The notes under the pieces were generated by a model. That model saw only the letters and a program-made list of their open reading frames with translations, was not told the DNA's origin and made no database searches. From Klebsiella phage KP34, in sequence record NC_013649.2: a stretch of 43,809 nt of DNA. One strand, given 5' to 3'. Below are positions 1-7,207 of this stretch, piece after piece; the first letter of the stretch is position 1; every line of letters begins with the position of its first letter. Made by a program: the position numbers and the translations under genes.

Positions 1-216
1 CCCTCACCCTGAACGCGCCCAATTGCCCCCATAGGGGGTGCCTAGCGCATAAAAGGAGGGGGCGGGGTGCCCCGGTGGGCCTACTAGGGCGCACTAGAGC
101 GCCTCAGCGGGCCTGTGCTGCGTTCTAGGGCTATCGCTAGTGTTACCCTATGGCTATGCCTGTGCGTGGCACTGCGTGGCTCCTGTGCGCTCTCTGTGGG
201 CCATAGGGGTGCGCTC
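1..216. repeat. Left copy of the direct terminal repeat (DTR); identical to 43594..43809
   Basis: Positions 1-216 (ccctcaccctgaacgcgcccaattgcc ... ggggtgcgctc) recur exactly at the right end of the window. Terminal redundancy is the hallmark of T7-like linear genomes. Confidence 0.9.
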
Positions 217-476
217 TGCCTTGCTTATTTTGCGCGTACATAGTGGGTCACAGTGTGTGTCCTAGTGGGCCTGCCTAGTGCGCTGTAGTGCAGCACGGTG
301 ATATCCCTAGTGCGTACTAGGCTATCCACTGGCTATCCTTAGTGCTTTACATTGTGCTGATTCTATGCTACGCTGCGCGCTCCCCACTAGGGCGCACATC
401 CACCACACCGCACTACCCGGTGCTATCCCTTTGCTACCCCTTGCTCTTACTTTCATTCGAAAGCTAATCTGAAATG

Positions 477-494
477 ATGTTACAGGAGTAGGAG
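477..494 (+). promoter_or_regulatory. Candidate phage-RNA-polymerase promoter P1 (ATGTTACAGGAGTAGGAG); left-end position analogous to T7 phiOL
   Basis: One of three identical copies of the 17-nt core ATGTTACAGGAGTAGGA (477..493, 22199..22215, 33723..33739), all on the + strand. The length and the trailing TAGGAG resemble T7/SP6-type promoters (T7: TAATACGACTCACTATAGGGAGA). Confidence 0.5.
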
Positions 495-660
495 GGTTTT
501 AGGGCACTATATACACTACTACTCACTATGCACTCACTAGTACCTACTAGTAATGCCCTGTATGACTGACCGTAGGGAAGGAAGCATTACCTACCCATTA
601 ACTAGCCTCATAGCTTAACCGCTCCCACAGCTTACGCTGTATGGTCGCTGGCTATGAGTC

Positions 661-747
661 TATGTAGCACTATGTAGTAGTGGCTAGTAGTGGCTAGAGC
701 TATCCCTAGTGTGGCTCTATGTTGGCTCTAAGTATGGCTCTAAGTAT
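661..747. repeat. Array of short periodic direct repeats in the non-coding left end
   Basis: TATGTAG occurs twice (661, 671), TGGCTAG twice (681, 691), TGGCTCTA three times (712, 723, 735), and tandem GGCTCTAAGTAT at 724-735 and 736-747. Period is about 10-12 bp, there is no coding potential, and the array sits just inside the DTR as the T7 left-end repeats do. Confidence 0.7.
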
Positions 748-785
748 TTGCCCTGCTTACCCTTTTTGCTCCCAGTGATAAAAAG

Positions 786-830
786 TTGAAAATAGTACTT
801 GCTTCTTTTGGTTCAATGCAGCTATAGTTC
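786..830 (+). promoter_or_regulatory. Candidate host sigma70 early promoter Pa (-35 TTGCTT 799-804, 18-nt spacer, -10 TATAGT 823-828) preceded by GATAAAAAG (777-785)
   Basis: Reasonable -35/-10 pair directly downstream of the terminal repeat region and upstream of the first genes. An A-rich GATAAAAAG motif precedes a TTGA hexamer. Confidence 0.4.
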
Positions 831-918
831 AATCACCGGGAGGCACTGAGGCGCTAACCGGGGTCGAGCCGGGAGGCTCCGCCGGATTAAAGCTAGATAG
901 TGTGAAGGGTTAGATACT

Positions 919-960
919 CGATAAAAAGAGTTGACACCGCGAAGAACATAAGCTAGATTG
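919..960 (+). promoter_or_regulatory. Candidate host sigma70 early promoter Pb (GATAAAAAGAG 919-929, -35 TTGACA 930-935, 17-nt spacer, -10 TAGATT 953-958)
   Basis: Perfect -35 consensus with optimal spacing and an acceptable -10. The same GATAAAAAG upstream motif as Pa. Position matches the T7 A1-A3 early promoter cluster. Confidence 0.55.
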
Positions 961-1276
961 AATCCAAGCAGTAAGTAGTAAGCTGGTTTGCGGGGAGGCC
1001 CAGTACCTTAAATGGTACGATGACGACCAAGCCTATACAGTCAGCCAAAAAGCAGGACCGCAACGGAGCCGTAGGGCTAGAGGGCGGGGCTAACAAGCCG
1101 AACACTACCGGGGCGCTGAGACACTGCCCCGTAAAAGAATAGTGTCGAGACCTGAACCACAGGTTCCACGGTAGTGCAGTGGGTAACAAGGTTAAGACTA
1201 AGCGTCATCCGTGCTGGGGCAGCGGTGCCACCTACGGGGCAAATGGCGCTTAACATTAACTTTGAGGGAGTACACA

Positions 1277-1492
1277 ATGAAATATCGTGAGAAGTTAGCG
1301 CAACAATTCGCTGGGCTGGAGAAGTTATCCGGTTCGGAGTTGAGAAAGCGCCGGGATGCACTGAACCGCGCAGGGTATATGCGGATGAAGCAGTCCGCTG
1401 CATTCAGTACGAATGTACGTGGTAAGACCAAAACAAGGGGCGGTAGCAAGGTCCCACAAGGTTGGTACACTGCCGGACAGTTCGGACACTAA
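1277..1492 (+). CDS. Hypothetical small basic early protein (72 aa)
   Basis: The 93-aa ORF in the track starts at 1211; an internal ATG at 1277 is preceded by GAGGGAG (1265-1271). Lys/Arg-rich product; first gene after the promoters. Confidence 0.45.
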   Translation: MKYREKLAQQFAGLEKLSGSELRKRRDALNRAGYMRMKQSAAFSTNVRGKTKTRGGSKVPQGWYTAGQFGH

Positions 1493-1499
1493 TTACAGC

Positions 1500-1524
1500 C
1501 TATAGCATCCTACGGGGTGCTATG
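1500..1524 (+). promoter_or_regulatory. Conserved intergenic RNA hairpin, copy a (10-bp stem, UACG loop); candidate RNase III site or RNA stabiliser
   Basis: CTATAGCATCC-tacg-GGGTGCTATG lies immediately after the stop of gene 1277..1492. A near-identical element follows gene 2339..2512, with a compensatory A-U to G-C change in the stem. Confidence 0.5.
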
Positions 1525-1563
1525 TGAAGTAATTACCTAAACAACCAACCAACGAGGTGCGTC

Positions 1564-2139
1564 ATGACTCATTCAACTGGTAAAGTATTCAAACTCACCG
1601 CCGCTGGCAGCATCCGCAAAGCGCTGGGCGACGTAGTGGAAGCAAAGCGTAACATCACTATCAGCGCGCTGTTTCACGGTCTGGTAAGCAGCAACGTTTC
1701 CTGGGCTACGGATATGCAGCGCAGCGACGCCGCTGACTTCGATATGGTGCTGCGTACGCTGTTGCTAATCAAGTTTAACAAGGAGTCCGGCAAGTACGAA
1801 TTCAATGCTAAGAAGTGCTATGCGTCTGCTGAGAAGCTGGGCATCGAACTGGATACTATGCGTCTGGACTATAAACAAGCTGACAAGCAGGGCCGCGAAG
1901 TGATTGTAGCCAGCTTCTATAGCTCCTGTATGGCCCTGTACGCTGCCGAAGCGGAGCAGGTGAAGAATGACGCACTGGATGCCGATGCAGTGCGCTTGCA
2001 AGCGCTGGGGCGCGTTAAAAACGCCATCAAGAAGGCTAAAGAGACTGGTGTAAGCGATGCTGACCTAGTGTCTATGCTGGTATCGCAGGGCGTGGACGTA
2101 CGCGCTGTACTGGACGCAACTTTGAAGGTGGCAGCATGA
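1564..2139 (+). CDS. Hypothetical early protein (191 aa)
   Basis: ORF with SD GAGGTG 5 nt upstream of ATG 1564. No recognisable motif. Confidence 0.7.
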   Translation: MTHSTGKVFKLTAAGSIRKALGDVVEAKRNITISALFHGLVSSNVSWATDMQRSDAADFDMVLRTLLLIKFNKESGKYEFNAKKCYASAEKLGIELDTMRLDYKQADKQGREVIVASFYSSCMALYAAEAEQVKNDALDADAVRLQALGRVKNAIKKAKETGVSDADLVSMLVSQGVDVRAVLDATLKVAA

Positions 2140-2338
2140 TTTATAAAGTCCCGGTTATCAAGTGGTGGGCATTGTGCCCAGCGGCCAACGATGCCGACGC
2201 CTTCGACAGTTCCACAGATACCCGCTATAGCCCTTGGTTTTACTTGGGTTTAGGGGACAACGTATAGCGTGATTTCTCATAGGGTATTCTAGCGAGTACC
2301 CTAGAGGGCAATCATGCCACAACAAAGGAGAGTAAACT

Positions 2339-2512
2339 ATGCCATACCGTAACCGCGCCCAACGTCGTGCTGATGCTGCTGAAATGCGTAGCAAACGTAA
2401 ACCCAGCGCCGCCCAGAAGTCACTGGCGCGTCCTAGCCGCCAGAATGCCATCACTGGGGGCTTGATTAAGCTGAGCGACTTCTATTCGCGTATCGGTATC
2501 AGCGTACTTTAG
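2339..2512 (+). CDS. Hypothetical small basic protein (57 aa); missed by the ORF track (<60 aa)
   Basis: ATG 2339 is preceded by a strong SD AAAGGAGAG (2324-2332, 6-nt spacing). Translates MPYRNRAQRRADAAEMRSKRKPSAAQKSLARPSRQNAITGGLIKLSDFYSRIGISVL. Conflicts with minus-strand ORF 2158..2454, which I regard as spurious. Confidence 0.55.
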   Translation: MPYRNRAQRRADAAEMRSKRKPSAAQKSLARPSRQNAITGGLIKLSDFYSRIGISVL

Positions 2513-2520
2513 TAGCAAGC

Positions 2521-2545
2521 CTATAGCGTCCTATGGGGCGCTATG
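2521..2545 (+). promoter_or_regulatory. Conserved intergenic RNA hairpin, copy b (10-bp stem, UAUG loop)
   Basis: CTATAGCGTCC-tatg-GGGCGCTATG is 9 nt after the stop at 2512. Shares flanks AGCCTATAGC and GCTATGTGAA with copy a. Confidence 0.5.
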
Positions 2546-2573
2546 TGAATGCAACTGGCGTATGAGGTTTCAT

Positions 2574-2789
2574 ATGAAAGCAATACTGGTTTATCCGGGC
2601 CATGAACTTTATGAGGCCTGCCGAAACATGGAGCAGGACTACGAGTTCACAGTGGTTATATTAACTGGGGACCATTTTACCGACACCGTGCTTGAGTATA
2701 TTGATACTCACACCGAAATGGCTGCCCGCACTGTGCTGGACGCCGTGAATCTTGGCATTATCAACGACTGGAGACAACTATATGGTTAA
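2574..2789 (+). CDS. Hypothetical early protein (71 aa)
   Basis: The track ORF starts at ATG 2562. GAGG (2564-2567) gives a proper SD for the in-frame ATG at 2574 instead. Confidence 0.5.
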   Translation: MKAILVYPGHELYEACRNMEQDYEFTVVILTGDHFTDTVLEYIDTHTEMAARTVLDAVNLGIINDWRQLYG

Positions 2790-3045
2790 TGTATTCAACA
2801 TCATTGTGACCAGCGCTATGCTGGTGCTGGGCAACGACGTAAACAACCCGGTGCCCTACTGCACAGTGCAGTTGCAGCAACCGGCGGAGCAGGAACCGCA
2901 GCCGCGCCCTGAGTATGACCTCTTTGAGGATCCCGAGGGTGGTTGCAAAGAGCTAGGTGCGCGTATTCTTGCGGCGGTGCAGGAGCAGTACCCGAACGCC
3001 GCTGTAACGCTCACTGTAGACGGTAAGAGCAACAACGATATTTGA
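2782..3045 (+). CDS. Hypothetical early protein (87 aa), mildly acidic
   Basis: The track ORF 2752..3045 overlaps the previous gene. The in-frame ATG at 2782 (MVNVFNII...) with GGAGAC upstream is more likely. Confidence 0.5.
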   Translation: MVNVFNIIVTSAMLVLGNDVNNPVPYCTVQLQQPAEQEPQPRPEYDLFEDPEGGCKELGARILAAVQEQYPNAAVTLTVDGKSNNDI

Positions 3046-3053
3046 GGTAGGGT

Positions 3054-3233
3054 ATGCACGGAAAGAATCCTGAAACGCTGCTTATGCGTGGGCAGCAACC
3101 AACAATCGAAGGGCTGGCGCGCGAGTACAACGCGAAGGCAGCACTGCGCCAGCACTACGAGCGGCAAGCGCAGCGCCTGGGTATGACTCTGCGCGGCTAC
3201 TGTCTGCGCTTTAACGTGCGGGGTGTGGTATGA
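3054..3233 (+). CDS. Hypothetical small protein (59 aa); missed by the ORF track
   Basis: SD GAGGTAGGG (3043-3051) precedes ATG 3054. The stop overlaps the next start in an ATGA junction at 3230-3233. Translates MHGKNPETLLMRGQQPTIEGLAREYNAKAALRQHYERQAQRLGMTLRGYCLRFNVRGVV. Confidence 0.6.
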   Translation: MHGKNPETLLMRGQQPTIEGLAREYNAKAALRQHYERQAQRLGMTLRGYCLRFNVRGVV

Positions 3234-3439
3234 AGTACGACGTGTATAAAAATAAGCGCAGTGGTATATACTACTGCGTTAACCTTATGGGTGGTATCAA
3301 TGAGTGGCACCTGTTACTACCAGATGAGCCGCCCTACACGCTGGAAAGAAGCACGTGGCGCGCCGGTGATGTAATCACCCGACCGGATGTATTCCAGCTC
3401 ATAGCCCGCAACGTGGTATTCAAGGACAGCGTATGCTGA
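3230..3439 (+). CDS. Hypothetical early protein (69 aa)
   Basis: ORF; its start overlaps the stop of the upstream gene (ATGA). Confidence 0.55.
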   Translation: MKYDVYKNKRSGIYYCVNLMGGINEWHLLLPDEPPYTLERSTWRAGDVITRPDVFQLIARNVVFKDSVC

Positions 3440-3777
3440 CAGTAGACGAAACAGCGCTGCTGTGCTGGCGTCTGCTGGAAACGCAGGGCAAGTGCGGCTG
3501 CACTTGGGAAACATTCAAAGAGGTTCCTAATGAACTCAAGAAAATTGTACCTGTTGAGCGGAGAAACATTAGAATCCGCAAGCAGGATTCAACGGTGGTG
3601 CTCACAACCTACCGAGAGTATACAGAATCTGCCGCGCGGCAGTTGCAAGAGCACATTCAGTTCGATGTGGTTGCAGCACTACTACGGCACGGATATCGTG
3701 GAGCCTATACAAGATTTAGGGCGGCTGTGCGCTCGTATTATAAGCAAAGACAGCTCGCTGCGTGGTATGCACGCTGA
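3433..3777 (+). CDS. Hypothetical early protein (114 aa)
   Basis: ORF with SD AAGGA 7 nt upstream. ATGCTGA start/stop overlap with the previous gene. Confidence 0.6.
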   Translation: MLTVDETALLCWRLLETQGKCGCTWETFKEVPNELKKIVPVERRNIRIRKQDSTVVLTTYREYTESAARQLQEHIQFDVVAALLRHGYRGAYTRFRAAVRSYYKQRQLAAWYAR

Positions 3778-3817
3778 ACTCTCAATGCACGATGAAATAC
3801 AATTAACCCAGGAGCAA

Positions 3818-5497
3818 ATGAAAATGCAAGAGACTAACACAGCACCTATCGAATGGAAAGTAGTATTACCGGAAGGTGCAAACGCACTGCCAATGAAAGA
3901 GTCAATGTATTCCAGTGGTGATTACTGGACCCCGTTCCAGGGCTTGCAAATGCAGGGCGCTGACCATCCCCACACTGAGGGCCCGCTGCAGGCGCTTATG
4001 GGTCTACGCACTGTCAGCATGCTAACTCCGGGCTTAGAGGTAACTATAGGCGAGATGCTGCACCCAGAGTATCACGCAGTAATGACGATTCGAGGCCCGT
4101 TGCAAAAGGTGGACCTGTATAACAGCGGAACTTTCTACGAACTCTTTGCCCCGGCGCGAATCACCATCGACAACAAGTTCTGGGAACGCCGCCGCGACTT
4201 CTATGAGGGCGATGATGTAGTGGTTGAGCGCGTGGTTGCGTGCGTGGAAGAGTTCACCGGTTACAAGGTGCACAAGCAGGCCGTGCAGTTATTCGAGCGC
4301 ATTATGCTTGCGCCAGAGCAAGCACGGCGCCGAGAGTATACTGGATACGATTACGGCAGTCACATCCGTGACATGCACGCCGCGGCGCTGCTCATGAAGT
4401 TGCACGGTTTTGTGGTATCTCGCTTCGCCGTACCCTTGGGCTTTGGTTTCCGCAACGGAGAGCCCATCGTGATGCTGGGGCAGCTGCGTATGCACAAGGA
4501 CTTCGCCGCGATTACTGAGTACCGCTGCGTAGAGATGCGCGTAGGTAAGTGGCTCGCTAACTACTACGGAAATGGTGTGGACTTCCGCGATGCTATCGAA
4601 GACCTCAAAGCTATGAACGTAGAGCCTACAACGTACCTGTGCAAGACCGAGCAGGAATGGTACGACGCCTACGAGAATGGCCCGGGTAGCTGCATGAGCG
4701 GGTACTCCTTTGAGCACAGCCCTGTGCGGACGTATGCTACCACCAGCCACGGGCTGCCAGATAATGGGCTGCGCCTGTTCATACAGTACACCGGGGAACT
4801 GTTCGGGGATGACTTTGAAGTGCAGGCACGGGCAATCGTTAACACAGAAACTAACGAGTATGTTCGTGCTTATGGCAACGCTGCGGATGCAATCCTGCGC
4901 GGACATGGGTACACCAGAAACACTGAGTGTCTCGAAGGGGTAATGCTGGCGCGTATACCACACCCGCAACACACCGGTGCGGTGCTGATGCCGTACCTCG
5001 ATAGCACCCAGTGCGGAGTATATGAACATGGGGAGGACGCATTTGTAATTCGTGACGCTTACGAGTACGAGGCGCAAGAAGCCGATGGATACATCTACGT
5101 CGGTACAGAATCTGCTCGGTGCTGCTGCTGTGAGGAGCGATACTCCGTAGATTACATGCAGGAAACCGCAGATGGTGATATGGTGTGCGATGGCTGTATT
5201 GAAGAGGAAGAGTTTGTACATGCAGTTGGACGTCGGGGTCTGTACAACCGATGGAACTGTACCTGGTCTGATTACCACGGTGCCTATGTATACGACAGTG
5301 ACCTCGCGCACTGTGCGGTAGAAGGTGTAGTGCACGACCAAGCAGAACTGGTGTATGCGCAGGGATTTGAGGTGCTTATTGAGCACGCAGAAGAACACCC
5401 AGTGCACGGGTTAATTCTCACTGAGCATGCAGCTGATTGCTTGGGAGAGAAGTACCTGGGCAACGATGACGAAGAAGAAGTAGAGGAGGCAGCTTAA
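3818..5497 (+). CDS. Large early protein of unknown function (559 aa) with a cysteine cluster (CCCCEERY...CDGC) and an acidic C-terminus
   Basis: Long ORF (track: 3530..5497). I prefer the in-frame ATG at 3818 (MKMQ...), preceded by AGGAGC (3810-3815), which avoids overlap with 3433..3777. No family recognised by eye. Cys-rich segment CCCCEERYSVDYMQETADGDMVCDGC; tail DDEEEVEEAA. Confidence 0.75.
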   Translation: MKMQETNTAPIEWKVVLPEGANALPMKESMYSSGDYWTPFQGLQMQGADHPHTEGPLQALMGLRTVSMLTPGLEVTIGEMLHPEYHAVMTIRGPLQKVDLYNSGTFYELFAPARITIDNKFWERRRDFYEGDDVVVERVVACVEEFTGYKVHKQAVQLFERIMLAPEQARRREYTGYDYGSHIRDMHAAALLMKLHGFVVSRFAVPLGFGFRNGEPIVMLGQLRMHKDFAAITEYRCVEMRVGKWLANYYGNGVDFRDAIEDLKAMNVEPTTYLCKTEQEWYDAYENGPGSCMSGYSFEHSPVRTYATTSHGLPDNGLRLFIQYTGELFGDDFEVQARAIVNTETNEYVRAYGNAADAILRGHGYTRNTECLEGVMLARIPHPQHTGAVLMPYLDSTQCGVYEHGEDAFVIRDAYEYEAQEADGYIYVGTESARCCCCEERYSVDYMQETADGDMVCDGCIEEEEFVHAVGRRGLYNRWNCTWSDYHGAYVYDSDLAHCAVEGVVHDQAELVYAQGFEVLIEHAEEHPVHGLILTEHAADCLGEKYLGNDDEEEVEEAA

Positions 5498-6543
5498 TGT
5501 TCTTGAATCCGCACGGGATTGATATGCAGCTGCTATTGCAGATACTGCAAACGCACCGGCCTAGCTGGGCAAGCACTAAGTGGTTTGAGCCGCTGCTTAT
5601 GCAAGCGCTGGGTAGTGGTATGCACTACGTAAAGGACAAGCACGGGAACTACTTCGTGCTGGTGGGGGACTCAGAGCAAAGCGACGTAGCGTTTACGTCT
5701 CATCTCGATACGGTGGCCCGCCCAACCAGCGCTGCGCCGGACGTCGGCTGCACTAACAAGGGCGTGCTGTTCGTAAAGAATCCGCAACAAGCTGACTGCT
5801 TGGGGGCGGACTGCGGTGCCGGTATCTACCTGATGCTAGAGATGCTGCGGCGAGGTGTGCATGGACGCTACTGCTTCTTCGTGGATGAGGAGGTTGGTTG
5901 CGAGGGCAGCGCTGCATCAGTCAAGGATGACACTGGGTTTTGGACTGGGGTCAAGGCGATGATTAGCTTTGACCGACGCGGCGACGGAATCATAACGCAT
6001 CAACGGTATATGCGCTGCTGCTCTGACACCTTTGCCAAGACCCTAGCAGAGCGCCTGGGACGCACGGAGCAGCACTTGCAGAAGGGGGTATATACTGACT
6101 CAGCTGAGTTCGTTGGTATCATTCCTGAGTGCACCAACGTCGGTGTAGGGTACATGCACGAGCACACCCCGGATGAGGTACTGGACCTGAACATCCTGGG
6201 GCAAGTGCTTGAGCGGGTACTGCAAGACGGTACGTTCTCGCACCTTCCGATTGAGCGGGACCCGAAGGTAGTAGAGCCAGACCAATGGCTCTCTGCATCG
6301 ACACTCAGTTTACGGCAGCCGTGGGACATGCCCCCGGCCGAGGACCCGCAGTTACTGGCTGCGTTCCGGGAAGTGTCGCAGCTTTCTAAACAACAATTGA
6401 TTAGCTGGGTGCAGGAGAATCCAGAGAAGGCGGCGGAGTACATAATGGTGTTCTCCGATTACGGCTTTAAAGAAGAGCTGATTGAACTAGGCACCCGAGT
6501 CGTAGAAGACTGGGGCGGATACGATAATATTGTGGAGGGTTGA
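5497..6543 (+). CDS. M20-family (ArgE/DapE/CPG2-like) metallo-amidohydrolase/peptidase homologue (348 aa)
   Basis: VAFTSHLDTV matches M20 signature 1 ([LIV]-x-[LIVMF]-x-[GSA]-H-x-D-[TV]-[STAV]). ...GADCGAGIYLM...YCFFVDEEVG matches the signature-2 tail ([DNGM]-E-E-x-[GSTNE]). A C-terminal His lies in YMHEHTPDE. SD GAGGAGG 8 nt upstream; start overlaps the stop of the 559-aa gene (TAATG). Confidence 0.7.
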   Translation: MFLNPHGIDMQLLLQILQTHRPSWASTKWFEPLLMQALGSGMHYVKDKHGNYFVLVGDSEQSDVAFTSHLDTVARPTSAAPDVGCTNKGVLFVKNPQQADCLGADCGAGIYLMLEMLRRGVHGRYCFFVDEEVGCEGSAASVKDDTGFWTGVKAMISFDRRGDGIITHQRYMRCCSDTFAKTLAERLGRTEQHLQKGVYTDSAEFVGIIPECTNVGVGYMHEHTPDEVLDLNILGQVLERVLQDGTFSHLPIERDPKVVEPDQWLSASTLSLRQPWDMPPAEDPQLLAAFREVSQLSKQQLISWVQENPEKAAEYIMVFSDYGFKEELIELGTRVVEDWGGYDNIVEG

Positions 6544-6545
6544 TT

Positions 6546-7013
6546 ATGTCTAAGTTTAAAGTTGGCGATAAGGTTGTACGTACAGTGCGCGGCCGTGAGG
6601 ATGAAGACTTTCTGTGTATGCTCGGAGAAGCTGCCTACTATACAGTTACGTCTGTGTCCTTTGGAGGTTGCTGGTTGCAGGTAAACGGCGTGTCTAAAGT
6701 GTACGACGAACGTCCGTGGGCCGCTACCAATTTCGAGCGGTACCAAGAACCGAAGGATGAGCTGCCGCCAGTCCAGTCTAGTGTATCCTATCTAAACACT
6801 AAACGAGACCCTGGAAACGACCAACGGCTGGTCTTGGAAAGAGACAGTGAGACTGATGAAGGCCTACTCTACATCGGGATAATCCCTAGAAAGGGCAGCA
6901 CCCGGGCAGAGCAAGAGATTGGTATTAATATGAGCCCCGACGCTGCACTGCAGTTAGCACACGACCTGCGCCGTATGGCTATGGAAATCAAACGTAAGGG
7001 GAAAGCACAATGA
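6546..7013 (+). CDS. Hypothetical protein (155 aa)
   Basis: SD GGAGGG (6532-6537) precedes ATG 6546. The track start 6540 is an upstream TTG. Confidence 0.65.
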   Translation: MSKFKVGDKVVRTVRGREDEDFLCMLGEAAYYTVTSVSFGGCWLQVNGVSKVYDERPWAATNFERYQEPKDELPPVQSSVSYLNTKRDPGNDQRLVLERDSETDEGLLYIGIIPRKGSTRAEQEIGINMSPDAALQLAHDLRRMAMEIKRKGKAQ

Positions 7014-7207
7014 GTAGAATTATTAAGTACGAAGCGCCTAAGCGTGTTGTAGTCGGCATTCCATTCACCTGGGGATTGTGTAATGCTTGGGCTATAAAGG
7101 TGGAAAATGGGGACATCTACTATTTATCTAATGGGTCAAAGGTATTAGAGTCAGAAGAAGAGATACTCCCAGACATCATTTATGCCAATCGCATAGAGAT
7201 TAAGTAA
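7010..7207 (+). CDS. Hypothetical protein (65 aa)
   Basis: SD AAGGGGAAAG upstream; ATGA overlap with the previous stop. Confidence 0.55.
   Translation: MSRIIKYEAPKRVVVGIPFTWGLCNAWAIKVENGDIYYLSNGSKVLESEEEILPDIIYANRIEIK

Noticed and set aside
836-905. Possible tRNA-like sequence (GGTCGAG T-loop-like motif, CCGG stems) between the two early promoters
   Set aside because: I could not build a consistent cloverleaf (no 7-bp acceptor stem, no 5-bp T-stem flanking a 7-nt loop, no anticodon arm). More likely a structured stretch of promoter-proximal leader, with a 9-bp direct repeat CCGGGAGGC at 836 and 874.
953-1470. Three overlapping minus-strand ORFs (953..1189, 1077..1403, 1198..1470) in the left-end leader
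   Set aside because: They overlap each other in different frames, lack ribosome-binding sites, and would be the only minus-strand genes in a strictly unidirectional T7-like genome. The GC-rich non-coding sequence explains the long open frames.
2158-2454. Minus-strand 98-aa ORF
   Set aside because: The + strand 57-aa ORF 2339..2512 has a strong SD (AAAGGAGAG) and fits the unidirectional gene organisation. The minus-strand ORF has no translation signals.
3530-3817. Upstream start (3530) for the 655-aa version of the large early protein
   Set aside because: It would overlap ORF 3433..3777 by about 250 nt in another frame. The in-frame ATG at 3818 has an AGGAGC SD and leaves a clean 40-nt gap. 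The overlap region cannot be fully excluded.
4289-5407. Minus-strand 372-aa ORF (and other long antisense ORFs such as 11881..12714, 14976..15611, 25317..25844, 26420..27025, 42890..43438)
   Set aside because: Each lies entirely inside a well-supported + strand gene (large early protein, DNA polymerase, 274-aa protein, capsid, tail tube A, tailspike). These are antisense open frames typical of high-GC coding DNA.
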